64,000 nucleotides of DNA from a virus, in IMG/VR virus record IMGVR_UViG_3300035701_000016, positions 11,104 to 75,103 of that record; one strand, 5' to 3'. The translations under genes were made by a program, and so were the position numbers. The notes below the pieces were generated by a model that was not told where the DNA came from, searched no databases, and saw only the letters and a program-made list of their open reading frames with translations. This document shows positions 18,499 to 27,504 of the stretch, piece by piece (positions within the stretch are counted from its first letter, which is position 1; each line of letters opens with the position of its first letter).

Positions 18499-20407
18499 TT
18501 AGACCTCCTTTCTTTAGGACTTCTCTAACCAGAGAGGAAGTAATCTGAATCGCACTTTCTCTTCTGTAATCTAACACTTGATGAATTACATGATCTATAG
18601 TCTGTCCGCCATCTTCTCTGCAAGCCAGCAAGTGAATTACAGTTGGCGATTGAGTAGTACCTATTCTACGAATACGGTAGAGACTCTGATAATAGTCATC
18701 TCCGTTGAATGAGCGTTCAAGATAGACTGCAGTCCTTGCTTTTGTTAGCGTAAGACCGAACTTGCCTACTCCAGGATGTGCTACGATAACACTAAGCTCA
18801 CCATTCTGAAACATGTCCACTATGGTCTGTCTATCATCTGTTGAAGTGCTTCCGGTAAGAGCAGCCACCTTTATATTCTTTTCCTCAAGAATGGCAGCTA
18901 TGTAGTGTGCAGTCTTGATAAAGTTTGTCCATATTATGATGGGAAATTCTACCCACTGTAGCATTTCCTCCAAAGCCTTCCATTTAGCTCCATCGTTAGC
19001 TCCACCTATAAGAATGGGATTGCTGGCAATCTGTACCAACCTTAGCATCTGACTCAACACATTAGGAGAAAGAACTTCATCTCCATCTGGTAGGGACGCT
19101 ACAAATTCTCTTTCCATCTGAGCGTACAGTTCATCCTGTCCATTACCCATCTGTATTTCTATGTCCTGGAATATCCAGGGTGGAAGATCTAAGTCCTCCT
19201 CCCCAGGAATAGTAAAGTAGATATCCCTAAAGTTTTCCATGATGCGGCTATACGCATCTGGTTGATTTCCTACTACAGCTGTCCCCCACTGATTAGTTTC
19301 CAAAGAGCAATAGGATCTGGCAAATTTCCAGTAGGATGAAAATCTGCCGTGATCCAATATGTTGAGCTGAGCCCACATGTCGTCATAGAATTTGGTTATG
19401 GGACTACCGGATAGAAACCATACATATCTGGGATTCTTGCATACTTTCTTAATCTGCTTTACTCTGCTCGTATCCCTATTCTTGAGCAGAACAGATTCAT
19501 CGCATATTACTACATCAAAATTTTGATTGATGATATCTTCATAGTTATTGACAACTGTATTATAGTTCGTTACTACCCATCTGTCATATGAGTCCCAGGT
19601 ATTAACAGATCCATGCCAAATCACGGCTGGCCTACCGCACCACTTATTGATTTCTTTCTTCCAGTTGAGACAGAGAGAAAGAGGACAGATTACCAGGATT
19701 CTTTGAGCCTGTAAATCTTCTGCTGCCAGAATAGCTGCCGCTGATTTACCCCTTCCTGGTTTCAATCCGACTAATACTCTCTCGTAATGGGTCATGAAGG
19801 CTGAGCCTTTCTTTTGAAAGGCATATAATGGACTTTCCGCAACCACATCTGATAACTCCAACGGTTTTGATAGTGTGGCTAGATATTCATCCACGGTAGG
19901 ATCTGCCATCAAGTCGGAAAACATAGCCTTAACTCCGGATATATTCTCCAATGAGATCTTTCCTATCCAACCTACATCGTTTCCTCCCCATGTAAATCCT
20001 AACGTTTTTATCTGGGCAGATGGATAAACGTTAGGTTTGAAAAGTAACTTTCCATGTGCTACCCGCAACGTTCCAGAGCTCTTTGGTGCGGCATGACCAA
20101 TGCCCACTACCCGTAGGTCGTTTAATGTCGAATGTTGTAGGGGTTCGTATGGGGCTAAAGACTCTAGTTGGGATTTATATTTAATCAAAACTTGCTTTGC
20201 TACCCCCACCTGTTTCATGGTGATAAAATTCTTCTCAAGAATTTGTTCCGCGATACTGGACATGAATGGAGCATCAACAGCATTGAACCCAACTCCGTTC
20301 AATTCCCTAGTCGTTTCTGTATACTTTTCATCCTGGGTTTGTAGACCATAGAGGGTGAGAATCTTGAGTGCTACTTCTTTGGCATTTTCCAAATCGTCTT
20401 CTTGCAT
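18491..20407 (-). CDS. SNF2-family helicase
   Basis: PGRGKS, ICDES, LSGSP, GLTLT, QSLYRIRRIG. Confidence 0.88.
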   Translation of the reverse strand: MQEDDLENAKEVALKILTLYGLQTQDEKYTETTRELNGVGFNAVDAPFMSSIAEQILEKNFITMKQVGVAKQVLIKYKSQLESLAPYEPLQHSTLNDLRVVGIGHAAPKSSGTLRVAHGKLLFKPNVYPSAQIKTLGFTWGGNDVGWIGKISLENISGVKAMFSDLMADPTVDEYLATLSKPLELSDVVAESPLYAFQKKGSAFMTHYERVLVGLKPGRGKSAAAILAAEDLQAQRILVICPLSLCLNWKKEINKWCGRPAVIWHGSVNTWDSYDRWVVTNYNTVVNNYEDIINQNFDVVICDESVLLKNRDTSRVKQIKKVCKNPRYVWFLSGSPITKFYDDMWAQLNILDHGRFSSYWKFARSYCSLETNQWGTAVVGNQPDAYSRIMENFRDIYFTIPGEEDLDLPPWIFQDIEIQMGNGQDELYAQMEREFVASLPDGDEVLSPNVLSQMLRLVQIASNPILIGGANDGAKWKALEEMLQWVEFPIIIWTNFIKTAHYIAAILEEKNIKVAALTGSTSTDDRQTIVDMFQNGELSVIVAHPGVGKFGLTLTKARTAVYLERSFNGDDYYQSLYRIRRIGTTQSPTVIHLLACREDGGQTIDHVIHQVLDYRRESAIQITSSLVREVLKKGGLNG

Positions 20408-20437
20408 TCTTTAATCCTTATTTTAGGTTGTAATTTT

Positions 20438-20466
20438 ATTATAGCACAACGGAACCAATTGAACAA
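20438..20466 (-). promoter_or_regulatory. sigma70-type promoter for the replication operon
   Basis: TTGTTC-17 nt-TATAAT with TG extension. Confidence 0.75.
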
Positions 20467-20499
20467 CAGCCAATATGTATCAATTTACTTCCAGATGAA

Positions 20500-20527
20500 A
20501 GTAGGCGGAGGTTCGGCTCCGCCTACT
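20500..20527 (-). terminator. terminator-like hairpin ending the late operon
   Basis: AGTAGGCGGAG/CTCCGCCTACT stem followed by a short T run on the minus strand. Confidence 0.6.
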
Positions 20528-20557
20528 CAGGCTCTGTTGTTACCGATAAACTGAAAT

Positions 20558-20932
20558 CTATTTGAGAGCCTGCTTCCTAAGAGCCAGGGCTTTATCGTAT
20601 GAAAATGATTTACCTACCATAGGAATACCCTTAACGGCGAAATGCGTTACCTTAGAAACGAGCAGTTGGCTCACATAGGCAAGAATAAAGGTCGCTACGG
20701 TAGCAGCCTCAGCTGCGATAGGATTTAGGGTAGTGAAGTCAAACTCAGGTTTGAAAATCCGGAGTCCGTACATTACCAGAATACAAATCAAGTTGGCACC
20801 TCCAACCCAGAGCGGAGCTTGATCTTCTTTCACCAGATTGAAAATTTTGAGAATATTCACGACTACCGCAATAAGAGCGGAAAACCCTGCGAGGGCTGCG
20901 AACTGAGCAACAACATCTAGAAACATGGTCAT
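20558..20932 (-). CDS. holin-like membrane protein
   Basis: Three hydrophobic spans, basic C terminus, last gene of the late operon. Confidence 0.6.
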   Translation of the reverse strand: MTMFLDVVAQFAALAGFSALIAVVVNILKIFNLVKEDQAPLWVGGANLICILVMYGLRIFKPEFDFTTLNPIAAEAATVATFILAYVSQLLVSKVTHFAVKGIPMVGKSFSYDKALALRKQALK

Positions 20933-21438
20933 TCTCCTTTTAAGGGAGTTGTTATCTCCCCATCAACTAAAATCTGCTGAATTTTGGATTTTAGATTCCA
21001 GTCAGCAGCTAAACATTCGGAACATCCAGGAATATTATGAAGTTTTACCTGTCTTTCCTTAAGATAGTCGTCAATGGCTTTCACCAGTTGAGTTTGTCTA
21101 TTAGAATAAATTCTTAATTCTAATTTAGATCTTCCCAGTTCTAATCTTAGAGGATCCATCAATTCTTTTGCAGCATTCACAATGGAATCCATATCGGATC
21201 TACCGGAGTTTTTATTCTCCAATCTCAATCTTTCTTTATTCAAAATATCTTCATTCTTTCTGGCTTCTCTGGTGTTGACATATACAAGATATCCAAGAAT
21301 AAATGACGATACTATAGAAACTATAGCCGTTATTCCTGACCAGTCCATTTTAGTGTATTCCACCTTTTGGTCCAAAGTATATGATCCATGCTCTAGAAGC
21401 ACTAAGAACAGAATAGAGTAATACAATAGGTCTTCCAA
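20929..21438 (-). CDS. membrane-anchored coiled-coil protein (true start probably MDWSG)
   Basis: One TM segment then coiled coil; lysis-module position. Confidence 0.55.
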   Translation of the reverse strand: MEDLLYYSILFLVLLEHGSYTLDQKVEYTKMDWSGITAIVSIVSSFILGYLVYVNTREARKNEDILNKERLRLENKNSGRSDMDSIVNAAKELMDPLRLELGRSKLELRIYSNRQTQLVKAIDDYLKERQVKLHNIPGCSECLAADWNLKSKIQQILVDGEITTPLKGE

Positions 21439-21670
21439 GAATTCTTCCGATATCTGGAGGTGCGACGAAAGAATTTATTTGAGGTTGGAAAAATATATAG
21501 ATATAAACAATCATGGTGGCAAGATTTACTACGGTAGAAGCCACATAGAGAAAATTCCAATTATTGGGATAGGAGTTTCTTTTCATGATCATTGCGTATA
21601 TTATCGTAGATAGTGTAGAGAAGAATAATATCATTATAGTTATGATCGTACCAAGAATAGAATCTATCAT
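21350..21670 (-). CDS. membrane protein
   Basis: Three hydrophobic segments. Confidence 0.55.
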   Translation of the reverse strand: MIDSILGTIITIMILFFSTLSTIIYAMIMKRNSYPNNWNFLYVASTVVNLATMIVYIYIFFQPQINSFVAPPDIGRILGRPIVLLYSVLSASRAWIIYFGPKGGIH

Positions 21671-22749
21671 TTTGCTACTCCTGCTACCGTTCTTATGTCA
21701 GATGTCATATCCTCTTCCATAATATTGTGAATATCCGTAGATAAATACCAGTCTACATCAGAGACCTTTTTTATTATTCCTCCCCTTAATCCCGTATATA
21801 ATCTTCCGTTACGATAATCTATAACTACAAATTCTCCTGAAGCACTCATATCACAACCTCTCCAGGCTAGATCAATATTTCCAGCCGGTTGTGTTTCATA
21901 CCAATTAGATCCAGAATCTTCTGAGTAGTGAACTCTTCCACTATATATAGCATGGATTAAATTTACTCCCAACGCATCGCAACATATTATCTGATGATTC
22001 TCATCCTGAAATATACCCGTAGGAGCAATCTCTGTCCAATTAGCTCCTGAATCTGTAGATTTCCATGCTCTTCCTTGACTGGCAACTGCGAACATTTTAC
22101 TTCCATCTGCACTGACTGCAGCCTCTATCCAGTAACAATCTGTATCTCCAGCAGGTTGTCTTTCAGTCCAATTTGCTCCCGAATTAGATGAGGTATATAA
22201 TCTTCCAGATCCTGCAGATATACCATATTCACCTACTATGAGATTAGTTCCTGTAGAATCACATGCCAATAGAGACCAATTTCTCTCAACATTTCCTGCA
22301 GGTTGAGTTTCTGACCAGTTAGCTCCAGAATCAGTAGTAAGATATAGTCTAGCCAAAGCAGGAAGAATACGCTTGGCGATAGCCATCATGAAACTTGCAT
22401 CACTATCACAACATACTCCTACCCAGTCAAAAGTGGATCCCCATCCTGACGGATCAATTTGAGTCCATCCTGCTCCATAATTGCTTGATACATACAGTTT
22501 TCCCTGAGCTAGAGTATTCTGTTCTCCCAATATTATAAAAGATCCACTATCGGTACAATCTACCTGGAATGATCTATGATCTGCCGCAGGTTCTATTCCA
22601 CCCCAGTTAGCTCCTGAATTTACCGATATCTGTAAATCACTTCCAGGAACCGTAGCAACTATAGTAGATCCATCGTAATCGCAACATGGATGTTCCCATG
22701 CTTTGTTTATATCTCCAAATGGTCTTCTCTCAGTCCAATAGTAACCCAT
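21667..22749 (-). CDS. beta-propeller protein with Asp-box/BNR repeats (candidate receptor-binding protein)
   Basis: Repeated S.DSGANW.E.QPAG units of about 45 aa. Confidence 0.75.
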   Translation of the reverse strand: MGYYWTERRPFGDINKAWEHPCCDYDGSTIVATVPGSDLQISVNSGANWGGIEPAADHRSFQVDCTDSGSFIILGEQNTLAQGKLYVSSNYGAGWTQIDPSGWGSTFDWVGVCCDSDASFMMAIAKRILPALARLYLTTDSGANWSETQPAGNVERNWSLLACDSTGTNLIVGEYGISAGSGRLYTSSNSGANWTERQPAGDTDCYWIEAAVSADGSKMFAVASQGRAWKSTDSGANWTEIAPTGIFQDENHQIICCDALGVNLIHAIYSGRVHYSEDSGSNWYETQPAGNIDLAWRGCDMSASGEFVVIDYRNGRLYTGLRGGIIKKVSDVDWYLSTDIHNIMEEDMTSDIRTVAGVAK

Positions 22750-23687
22750 TATACATGCTCCACTTGGACTAGTTGAGGATTCCAGAATATTCTGGTAACA
22801 TCTATGGCAACCCCAAGAATTTGAATAACATCATCCGTACCTGAAGGTCTAACCTGGGTGAGAGTATTTCCTGTAGTTCCCACTACAGATAGATAGATCA
22901 AACCTCCTACAGTCCATGACCAACCAGAATCTCTAGCAAATCCATACAATAGATACAATCCAGGAGTGTCATGATCTATAGATTCCAATGCCAATCCAAA
23001 AGAACTGGAGGTAGCAATACCATTAGCATCAGCTATTGCCATCTCACCAGTAGAATTTATTCTGCAAGCATCTCCGAACCCTTGTACATCGTGAGCTGTA
23101 AAAGTTGCCGAGAGCCCACTGTAATCATGATCTGCAGGAGATGGATTCAATTCGATCTGATCTCCACCGACACCACCTGCGATTGTTACGACAGTCTCTC
23201 CAGCACCTCCATCATCAGTAACAGCTACCCCGGAACCTTCAAAATGAATAATGGCCTCATAAGGCATTAACGATCCACCTTCATCATAAATATCGTGAGG
23301 AGGAAGAATATCAACCGTAGTAAGAGTATTACCAGGATCATCAGCAACAGTAACTCCTGATCCACTAAAATTCAAAATGGGTTGTTGAGGAAAAGGAACA
23401 TAATTTCCCTCTATTATGTGACCTCCGCTAGAAGCATCAGCCCATTCTACTCCATTCGGAAGTGAAGAATTAACGGTAAGAACCTGAGCGTCTATACCCA
23501 ACGGAAGAACTACAGCCGTATTAAGACCAGTACCTACCGCAGTATCTCCCTTATTCTTCCAAATAAGATCATTGGCAATAGTAACTCTCGGAAGAGCCTC
23601 TATTGTTCTTATCCTTTTGGAAATAGCAACTAATGTTTCGGCAAGTTCTAGGAGAATATTCATTATGATGGACCGATTGCTAACCAA
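22749..23687 (-). CDS. tail fibre-like protein
   Basis: LPLGIDAQVLTV...W, repeated F.GSGV.V.DD, C-terminal WSWTVGGLIYLS...Q.LGVA domain. Confidence 0.6.
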   Translation of the reverse strand: MVSNRSIIMNILLELAETLVAISKRIRTIEALPRVTIANDLIWKNKGDTAVGTGLNTAVVLPLGIDAQVLTVNSSLPNGVEWADASSGGHIIEGNYVPFPQQPILNFSGSGVTVADDPGNTLTTVDILPPHDIYDEGGSLMPYEAIIHFEGSGVAVTDDGGAGETVVTIAGGVGGDQIELNPSPADHDYSGLSATFTAHDVQGFGDACRINSTGEMAIADANGIATSSSFGLALESIDHDTPGLYLLYGFARDSGWSWTVGGLIYLSVVGTTGNTLTQVRPSGTDDVIQILGVAIDVTRIFWNPQLVQVEHV

Positions 23688-24541
23688 CTGACTAATCTAG
23701 CTATTCTTATTCCAGATCCTGCTGGAGTAGATTCCCAACCCCAGACCTCCAATTCATTACCAGGAGTAAGGTCATGTCTTACCATTAGAAAACTATTGTA
23801 GTCATCACTCAGTATATCGTAGTCTCCGGTTATAAAACACAGAGGATCTCCGGAAAAATGCTCAGAAAATGCTGCATACGCATGAGTATACATATCTCCT
23901 GAACCCCCCTCATTGGTAACAAAATATCCGCACTGAATTTTCATTCCAGAAGGAGTATATGTAGTAACTCCGGTAGAACGCCAATCTGTAGAACTTCCTC
24001 CCTGTCTCTTTTCTACGAAGGATTTAAATGCAGCTATTGCTCCACTACTAATTGGAATCTGTCCCTCAGATCCTGCAGGTTTTATATCCTCAGCTTTTGG
24101 ACGATTGGAAAACTTACAGAATGTTCTCAGATCGGTTACGGTAGCAACTCCAGCAGCTACGGTAACAGAAGCTAACAAAACTTCCCATGTAACTCCTGGA
24201 GTTTGAACCAACGGTAGAGCATGAGCGGTTGCAGTAATAGTTTTTCCTGCATAATCTATTTTCAATACCACGATATAATTATTCAATACAGCTACAGGTT
24301 TTGATGCGGTATTGATGTATAATCTTCCATTCACCAGAGCTGATCCTGTATCTACCAGAACTTCAGATGAGGCTATTCCTCGGTCAGTTACAATAAGCTC
24401 ATTGGCTTTTCCAGTAAGAACGGAATCAAGAGTTATGTCATTGTTGAGAAGTCTAGCCATATTCTCAGCAAATGTATTGCTGTGATAACTACCGTGATCT
24501 CCATGAGTAACTCCTCCCCAGAAGAATGAAATTTCTGTCAT
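23663..24541 (-). CDS. baseplate/tail fibre protein, paralogue of 24545-25408
   Basis: G.ALVNG..Y.N, TWEV.LA.VTV, KRQGGSS..W, IQCG...F...P...SWLAIG. Confidence 0.7.
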   Translation of the reverse strand: MTEISFFWGGVTHGDHGSYHSNTFAENMARLLNNDITLDSVLTGKANELIVTDRGIASSEVLVDTGSALVNGRLYINTASKPVAVLNNYIVVLKIDYAGKTITATAHALPLVQTPGVTWEVLLASVTVAAGVATVTDLRTFCKFSNRPKAEDIKPAGSEGQIPISSGAIAAFKSFVEKRQGGSSTDWRSTGVTTYTPSGMKIQCGYFVTNEGGSGDMYTHAYAAFSEHFSGDPLCFITGDYDILSDDYNSFLMVRHDLTPGNELEVWGWESTPAGSGIRIARLVSWLAIGPS

Positions 24542-24544
24542 AAT

Positions 24545-25408
24545 TTACCTCGGACCGATAGCCATCCAGAATACGACTCTGTCAGTATCCACTGACTGTT
24601 TGATATCAATTACAAATGTAGTCGTAGTTATAGTATTCACTCCGAAAGAAACATGAGTAACGTCAGACGAAGCAAAATTTCCCACCGTAATCAAAACAAT
24701 GGGAGCAAAAGCAAATGCCTCCGGAAATGTTACAGTAGCAGTTCCCAAATGAGTTCCGTTATCTACAACAACTGCCTTGGATCCGCATTGAATTAGGCAT
24801 CCTACAGGAGTGTAGTCAGTATCTCCTTCAGTACTCCAAACGGTAGCAGATCCACCCTGTCTCTTGTCAATTATAGGAGCCCATGCAGAAGCTAAGCCGT
24901 CAGATTTTATGATCTGACCATTGGATCCTACGGGGCTTATATCTCCTACGGATACCTCGGTTGAGAAATTGCAGAAATCTCGAGCGTCTAGAGTCAAGGC
25001 ACGAACTCCGGCAGCAGTCACAGTAGCTCTAGCAATCTCAATCTCCCAAGTTGCTCCAGGAGTATGCGTAGTGGCTACATATCCTGCGGCATTCGTGAGA
25101 AGAGCGGCTCTTACCGTTTGAGTTCCAAAATCTTTTCTCAGAACTACTGTATGATAATATATTCCTACTGCCGGAGTAGTAAGAGCTACAGATAGAGGAG
25201 CATCATTCACATAGATCTTTCCGTCAACTAGAGCAACTCCACTCTGTATTACTATATTGGATCCTACCAGAGATGGTGCTAATTCATTTAGTTGACCTAC
25301 AAGAACTCCTTCTGTATCGAGATCTCGTTGAAACAGATATCTGAAGATATCTGAGAATTGATCGTCACTGTAAGCGGGTCCATTCCAATAGTATGATAAC
25401 TCAGCCAT
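24545..25408 (-). CDS. baseplate/tail fibre protein
   Basis: Same motifs as the downstream paralogue; C-terminal IQCG...VTFPEAF...FWMAIG fibre-tip domain. Confidence 0.7.
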   Translation of the reverse strand: MAELSYYWNGPAYSDDQFSDIFRYLFQRDLDTEGVLVGQLNELAPSLVGSNIVIQSGVALVDGKIYVNDAPLSVALTTPAVGIYYHTVVLRKDFGTQTVRAALLTNAAGYVATTHTPGATWEIEIARATVTAAGVRALTLDARDFCNFSTEVSVGDISPVGSNGQIIKSDGLASAWAPIIDKRQGGSATVWSTEGDTDYTPVGCLIQCGSKAVVVDNGTHLGTATVTFPEAFAFAPIVLITVGNFASSDVTHVSFGVNTITTTTFVIDIKQSVDTDRVVFWMAIGPR

Positions 25409-25417
25409 AATAATCTC

Positions 25418-26563
25418 CTACGTATTCATATCCGAGAATGTAACGGATAAACTATCAATAGATGATTTCACATCGTTACCGATCTCAACTACTCTCATGG
25501 TAACAGATTCTTCGTCATCTATCATAGTAATTTTATCTCCGAGAAAGAAATGTTTGCCATAACAACATGAAGGTTGCATAAGAGGAGTAAAAGTAACTTT
25601 CTTCTTCGGAGACTCCTCATTCAGGACACCATCTCCAAATGTTTCCATTTCTGATTCAAACCCATCCTGAGATCTAGATATTTCTATTCTATTCCACGGA
25701 GAGTCCAGTACAGAAGGTTTGTATCTTGCAATCTTTTCTCTGGTAGATTCATCCCCACTTCCCAGAACAGTAATGACATTATGTTCAGATATTCTGTCAT
25801 ATGTATTGTTAAGATCAGAGATATTTCCTCTGTCAAGAGAGAATATGACAGGAAAATTTCCTGCCGTATTCAAACCAGTGGTATGATCTAATCCTGAAGT
25901 AGTTCTATTTTCACCCAATTGATCTGTATAGGTTTGAAATACAAATTCGTTGGAAGTCCAATCGAAGTATACTGCAAAATCTATAGATGAGAAGTCGGCT
26001 ATTTCTGACACTACATCAAGCAGATTAGCGTAGGCTCTGTCACCTTCCCATACAATTCCAAGTCCGGTAGTAGGTTCTACACGAAAGTTAGGAAGAACAC
26101 CCGATATCACTCTACCATTTGCTACAGTAGCTGAAGGACCGCAGTTTTCTTCCACATACTCCTTCATAGCGGTCTCAGAATACTGGTATTTATAAGATCT
26201 AATGGTAGCGGCAGGATAATTTATAATTGTTCTAGCTAGTAAATCATTCAATCCTACCCCGGAACTCTCGAATGTAACCACTCCAGTACTACTCACATCT
26301 CTTGATCTTTTTCTATGGAATCCTAGAAATTCTTCGTAGAAATCAATACCAAGTCCCGGAAGAGATCTTAGTACTTGAATAGTACCATCTAGTTCGAATA
26401 GAAATCTTCTCTGATCATCTCCGGATATTTTGAAGGAATATGATCCAACGCCATTTACCTGCTTCTTGTACGAAAGATATTCCCAGGAATCAAATACAGC
26501 CACTACATTAAAGGACTGATTCCTGAGAACAACTTTGCATTTTGAAGCAATAGAATCCATCAT
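25418..26563 (-). CDS. siphovirus minor tail/baseplate hub protein (Gp37-like)
   Basis: Follows Dit; NGVGSYSF, YGKHFFLGD pattern. Confidence 0.7.
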   Translation of the reverse strand: MMDSIASKCKVVLRNQSFNVVAVFDSWEYLSYKKQVNGVGSYSFKISGDDQRRFLFELDGTIQVLRSLPGLGIDFYEEFLGFHRKRSRDVSSTGVVTFESSGVGLNDLLARTIINYPAATIRSYKYQYSETAMKEYVEENCGPSATVANGRVISGVLPNFRVEPTTGLGIVWEGDRAYANLLDVVSEIADFSSIDFAVYFDWTSNEFVFQTYTDQLGENRTTSGLDHTTGLNTAGNFPVIFSLDRGNISDLNNTYDRISEHNVITVLGSGDESTREKIARYKPSVLDSPWNRIEISRSQDGFESEMETFGDGVLNEESPKKKVTFTPLMQPSCCYGKHFFLGDKITMIDDEESVTMRVVEIGNDVKSSIDSLSVTFSDMNT

Positions 26564-27504
26564 ATTCCTATGTATCTAACGTAGTATTCAAGAGTGACGG
26601 TAGAAGTAATGGTTGTACCGGAACCCGATATGGTAAAATCGTTACGACCACCGGTAGAAGCTGGTAGTGGAGCCTCCGGATCCGGAGCTATGTGGAAAGT
26701 GGTTATACTACTTTCCTCAGTTATAGATCCCATAAGATTTATGCCGAGATCATTGACGACCGATTTGTTACCGTAGGGTAGATCAATATAAATAGTCTCT
26801 CCAGACATAATAGCATAATTCAACTCAATAAATTCACCTGTGGTAACGTTAGTGATCTTGAATCCAGTCATAGGTCCTGTGATTATTATCTTGGGATAAG
26901 ATAACCAGGATCCAGGATATATCACGTATTTTGAGTCAGAGTATGATTCTTCTGACAGAGTAAATGAGAAGGTGAAAGGAAGAATCCAGAATGATGACAA
27001 TGCCGGATCGTATAGTAATGACCATGACAGTCGGTCAATATCCGGATCAAAGAATACGGGATCATGAGCTACAAATCTTAGAGTCTCCGCATAACCGAAC
27101 TCATCCCATCGATCAAGATTTCTTGCATTGAATATTGGACCCTGCTCTATGAAAACATAAATATCTCTCATGGAACCGTCAGGAAATTTCTTTCTGAGAA
27201 CTCCTGTATTCATCTTATGGATAAGATTTCTGTTGGGTCTGATGGCGTTAAGTAGAGCAGTTCTATTGATCCAGAACTCATCTCGTGAACAACTATTCTG
27301 TCTTACCAGCATTTGTATTGTTCTCTTACCAAGTCTATAGTCTAGAACAGTTTCTCCATGCTGATATGGACCCTGTTGAGTAATATACTCAATAGGTGGC
27401 ATTCCCAAACCCTCTTCGGTAAGAAGGAATCTGGTACTGGTATCGAAGTGGTACTCCTTGCCGTCAGGAGATATGTATGAGGTAAATTCTAATACATCTG
27501 TCAT
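26560..27504 (-). CDS. distal tail protein (Dit)
   Basis: Directly after tape measure; GLGMPP...GPYQHG, F.AHDP.F, YPKIIITGP. Confidence 0.8.
   Translation of the reverse strand: MTDVLEFTSYISPDGKEYHFDTSTRFLLTEEGLGMPPIEYITQQGPYQHGETVLDYRLGKRTIQMLVRQNSCSRDEFWINRTALLNAIRPNRNLIHKMNTGVLRKKFPDGSMRDIYVFIEQGPIFNARNLDRWDEFGYAETLRFVAHDPVFFDPDIDRLSWSLLYDPALSSFWILPFTFSFTLSEESYSDSKYVIYPGSWLSYPKIIITGPMTGFKITNVTTGEFIELNYAIMSGETIYIDLPYGNKSVVNDLGINLMGSITEESSITTFHIAPDPEAPLPASTGGRNDFTISGSGTTITSTVTLEYYVRYIGI

Noticed and set aside
21667-25408. Diversity-generating retroelement acting on fibre genes
   Set aside because: No reverse transcriptase and no near-identical template/variable repeat pair seen
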